In this document: positions 18,384-20,000 of the stretch, piece by piece | Layout: each line of letters opens with the position of its first letter | How positions within the stretch are numbered: position 1 is the first letter of the stretch | Assembly: GCA_008369845.1 (NCBI GenBank) | Contig: MRSU01000590.1 | Coordinates: 47,854 to 67,853, forward strand | Source: Trichomonas gallinae | Lineage: Eukaryota | Reading direction: 5' to 3' | Length of the DNA stretch: 20,000 nucleotides | The notes under the pieces: model-generated | Database searches by the model: none | Seen by the model: the letters and a program-made list of their open reading frames with translations, nothing else | What the model was told of the DNA's origin: nothing | Made by a program: the position numbers and the translations under genes

Positions 18384-18734
18384 TTATATTAGAATATACA
18401 TATTTTCTTGTCTTATAAATGTTGTTTATCATATCAAAATTATCATTTTATCAAATTTCAAAATCTCAAAAAATATATTTTTAACATCATCAAAATAAAT
18501 CGGTTGTTTTTCATATAATTATCTCCTTTGAAGACATAATAATTAATTTTCATGAGTAATTATTGTGTTTTATTTATTTTGATTTTAAATTTTTGCTTTT
18601 TAATGCTAGTTTGATAAGATTGGATTTATTTGATTGAAAAATAGTGAAATAAGTTAATATTTTCATTTGAATTCAACACACAAATATTTCAATAGATTTT
18701 TATGAAATAATATAACAACAATGAACAAAAAAAA

Positions 18735-19637
18735 TTACAGATTTCGTGCTTCATTTGCCTGTAGCGCGCATGGATGATTAGCTAAATCATATGCTGTAGG
18801 TCTATCATTTGGATCGTATGAAATCATTGAATTAACAAGGTCTATAAGTTGCTGGCTGCAATAGCAGCTATATAAATCACCTCCTAATAATATCTGTCCA
18901 GAGCGAAGCTGTCCATATCTTTCATCACCGCCTCTCGGTGCCTGATAGCCCGATGCTGCCTCTAATAGCACAACACCGAAGCTAAATATATCTGTTGGAG
19001 CCTCAACCGTAATGTCATCTCTACCTGTATACGACATTGTTTCGGGTGAGCAATAAGGCCCAGCCCCTTCATTACCACTCTCATACTCTCCTATCCGTAT
19101 GAGAGTTCCGAAGTCAGCCAGCTTGAAAAGACTGCCTTCTACCAAAATATTTGATGGAGATACATCCAGATGCATCCAACCAGACGTATGAACTATATTT
19201 AATGCATTTCCTATGTCATGGATTAATAACCACAACTCTGGTTCGGATAATGTCCTTCCTGTTATATCTCCATCATTACACAGTTCCATTTTTAACATCG
19301 CAAAGTTTAATTGATCGTATATTTGGAATGATTGTACTAAATATATCGAGTTTGTTAAGTTGGTTCGCTTTTGAAATTCTTCAAATATTCGAGATTTATG
19401 CCTTGATACTTTGAGAGCCCAAAATTCATCGGTCGTAGTCGATTGTGCTTTGTATACGGATGAATTTCCTGTAGATCGAATTGGTGTATATGGGTTAACA
19501 ATCATTCCGAGTTCTCGACATAAGTCTTCAAACTCTGTTGTAGCGAATTCCGGTGTTGCATAATTGCTTGGTCTTTCCAATGCCAGCAGCGGGGCATCTT
19601 CTGACCCAAAATCGGGCAAAGGAAAACCATCACACAT
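18735..19637 (-). CDS. WEE-family (Wee1/Myt1-like) protein kinase
   Basis: 300 aa. WALK, MELC, HLDVSPSNI, KLADFG, EGAGPYCSPE, DIFSFG, PRGGDERYGQLRSG (WEE-type P..G....LR.G) and DPNDRPTA. Confidence 0.88.
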   Translation of the reverse strand: MCDGFPLPDFGSEDAPLLALERPSNYATPEFATTEFEDLCRELGMIVNPYTPIRSTGNSSVYKAQSTTTDEFWALKVSRHKSRIFEEFQKRTNLTNSIYLVQSFQIYDQLNFAMLKMELCNDGDITGRTLSEPELWLLIHDIGNALNIVHTSGWMHLDVSPSNILVEGSLFKLADFGTLIRIGEYESGNEGAGPYCSPETMSYTGRDDITVEAPTDIFSFGVVLLEAASGYQAPRGGDERYGQLRSGQILLGGDLYSCYCSQQLIDLVNSMISYDPNDRPTAYDLANHPCALQANEARNL

Positions 19638-19925
19638 TTACCAAAATTTAATTTTTAAACGTTATCCATTATCGTACATGCTTTAAATATGCATGTTTTG
19701 GGTGCTTGTTAAAGAGCACACATATATTAACAACAATTGCGCCAAAATTTTACAAAAATGGCGGGCAAGTTTCTAAAAAATTAATCTATAGTATATAAAT
19801 ACACATATATCCCAAATTCACTCGAATTTTTGAAATTGAACTTTAATTTGATTTCGGAATCATTTGATTATTGATTTTTGGGCTAAATTCCACAATAAAT
19901 AAACTTTTTATGCCTATATATATAG

Positions 19926-20000
19926 ATGTCTATCGTCCTCGCTATCGTCGTCCTTATTGGAATTCAAATCGCTAATACATATGAATATATTAGTATATGT
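19926..20000 (+). CDS. Possible 5' end of a gene with a signal-peptide-like N-terminus (runs off window)
   Basis: ATG 19926 gives MSIVLAIVVLIGIQIANTYEYISIC, open to the window end and locally GC-richer. A competing ATG at 19910 gives only MPIYIDVYRPRYRRPYWNSNR*. Confidence 0.25.
   Translation, partial: MSIVLAIVVLIGIQIANTYEYISIC

Noticed and set aside
19931..19949. Tandem TATCGTC (MRE-2f-like) sites
   Set aside because: Equally explained as ATC GTC codons of a possible gene starting at 19926. Cannot be resolved at the window edge.
1..20000. Transposase, Maverick core genes, tRNA/rRNA, CRISPR array
   Set aside because: No DDE/integrase/polB motifs, terminal repeats with target duplications, cloverleaf or regular repeat-spacer pattern were seen by eye.

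Overview
AT-rich, apparently intronless eukaryotic genomic DNA, most consistent with Trichomonas vaginalis or a close parabasalid (BspA-like LRR remnant, Inr-type TCAYW elements, TAAA overlapping stop codons, multi-Myb, DENN and WEE-kinase genes). The organism call is inferred from sequence style. Intact core-type genes: a 5'-truncated coiled-coil protein, an LRR + multi-IQ + coiled-coil protein, a UBL-UBA-9xMyb/SANT protein, a DENN protein, a 521-aa orphan and a Wee1/Myt1-like kinase. Between them lie a frameshifted BspA pseudogene, a hidden gene remnant (9613-10017) and a ~4 kb island (12.1-16.0 kb) of small putative surface/secreted protein genes. The island holds one Cys-rich beta-helix-like gene, three discoidin/F5-8C-like paralogues and one fibrinogen-domain-like gene. 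The most striking signal is in the three diverged discoidin-like paralogues. Each keeps an intact ~186-codon frame but has no usable in-frame ATG. All three open on a conserved TTG-TAT-TTT, and each has an upstream ATG/ACG 3n+1 nt away. This points to non-AUG initiation or +1 recoding rather than ordinary decay, but it is untested. The island proteins also share a (Cys)-spacer-hydrophobic C-terminal tail resembling an anchor signal.
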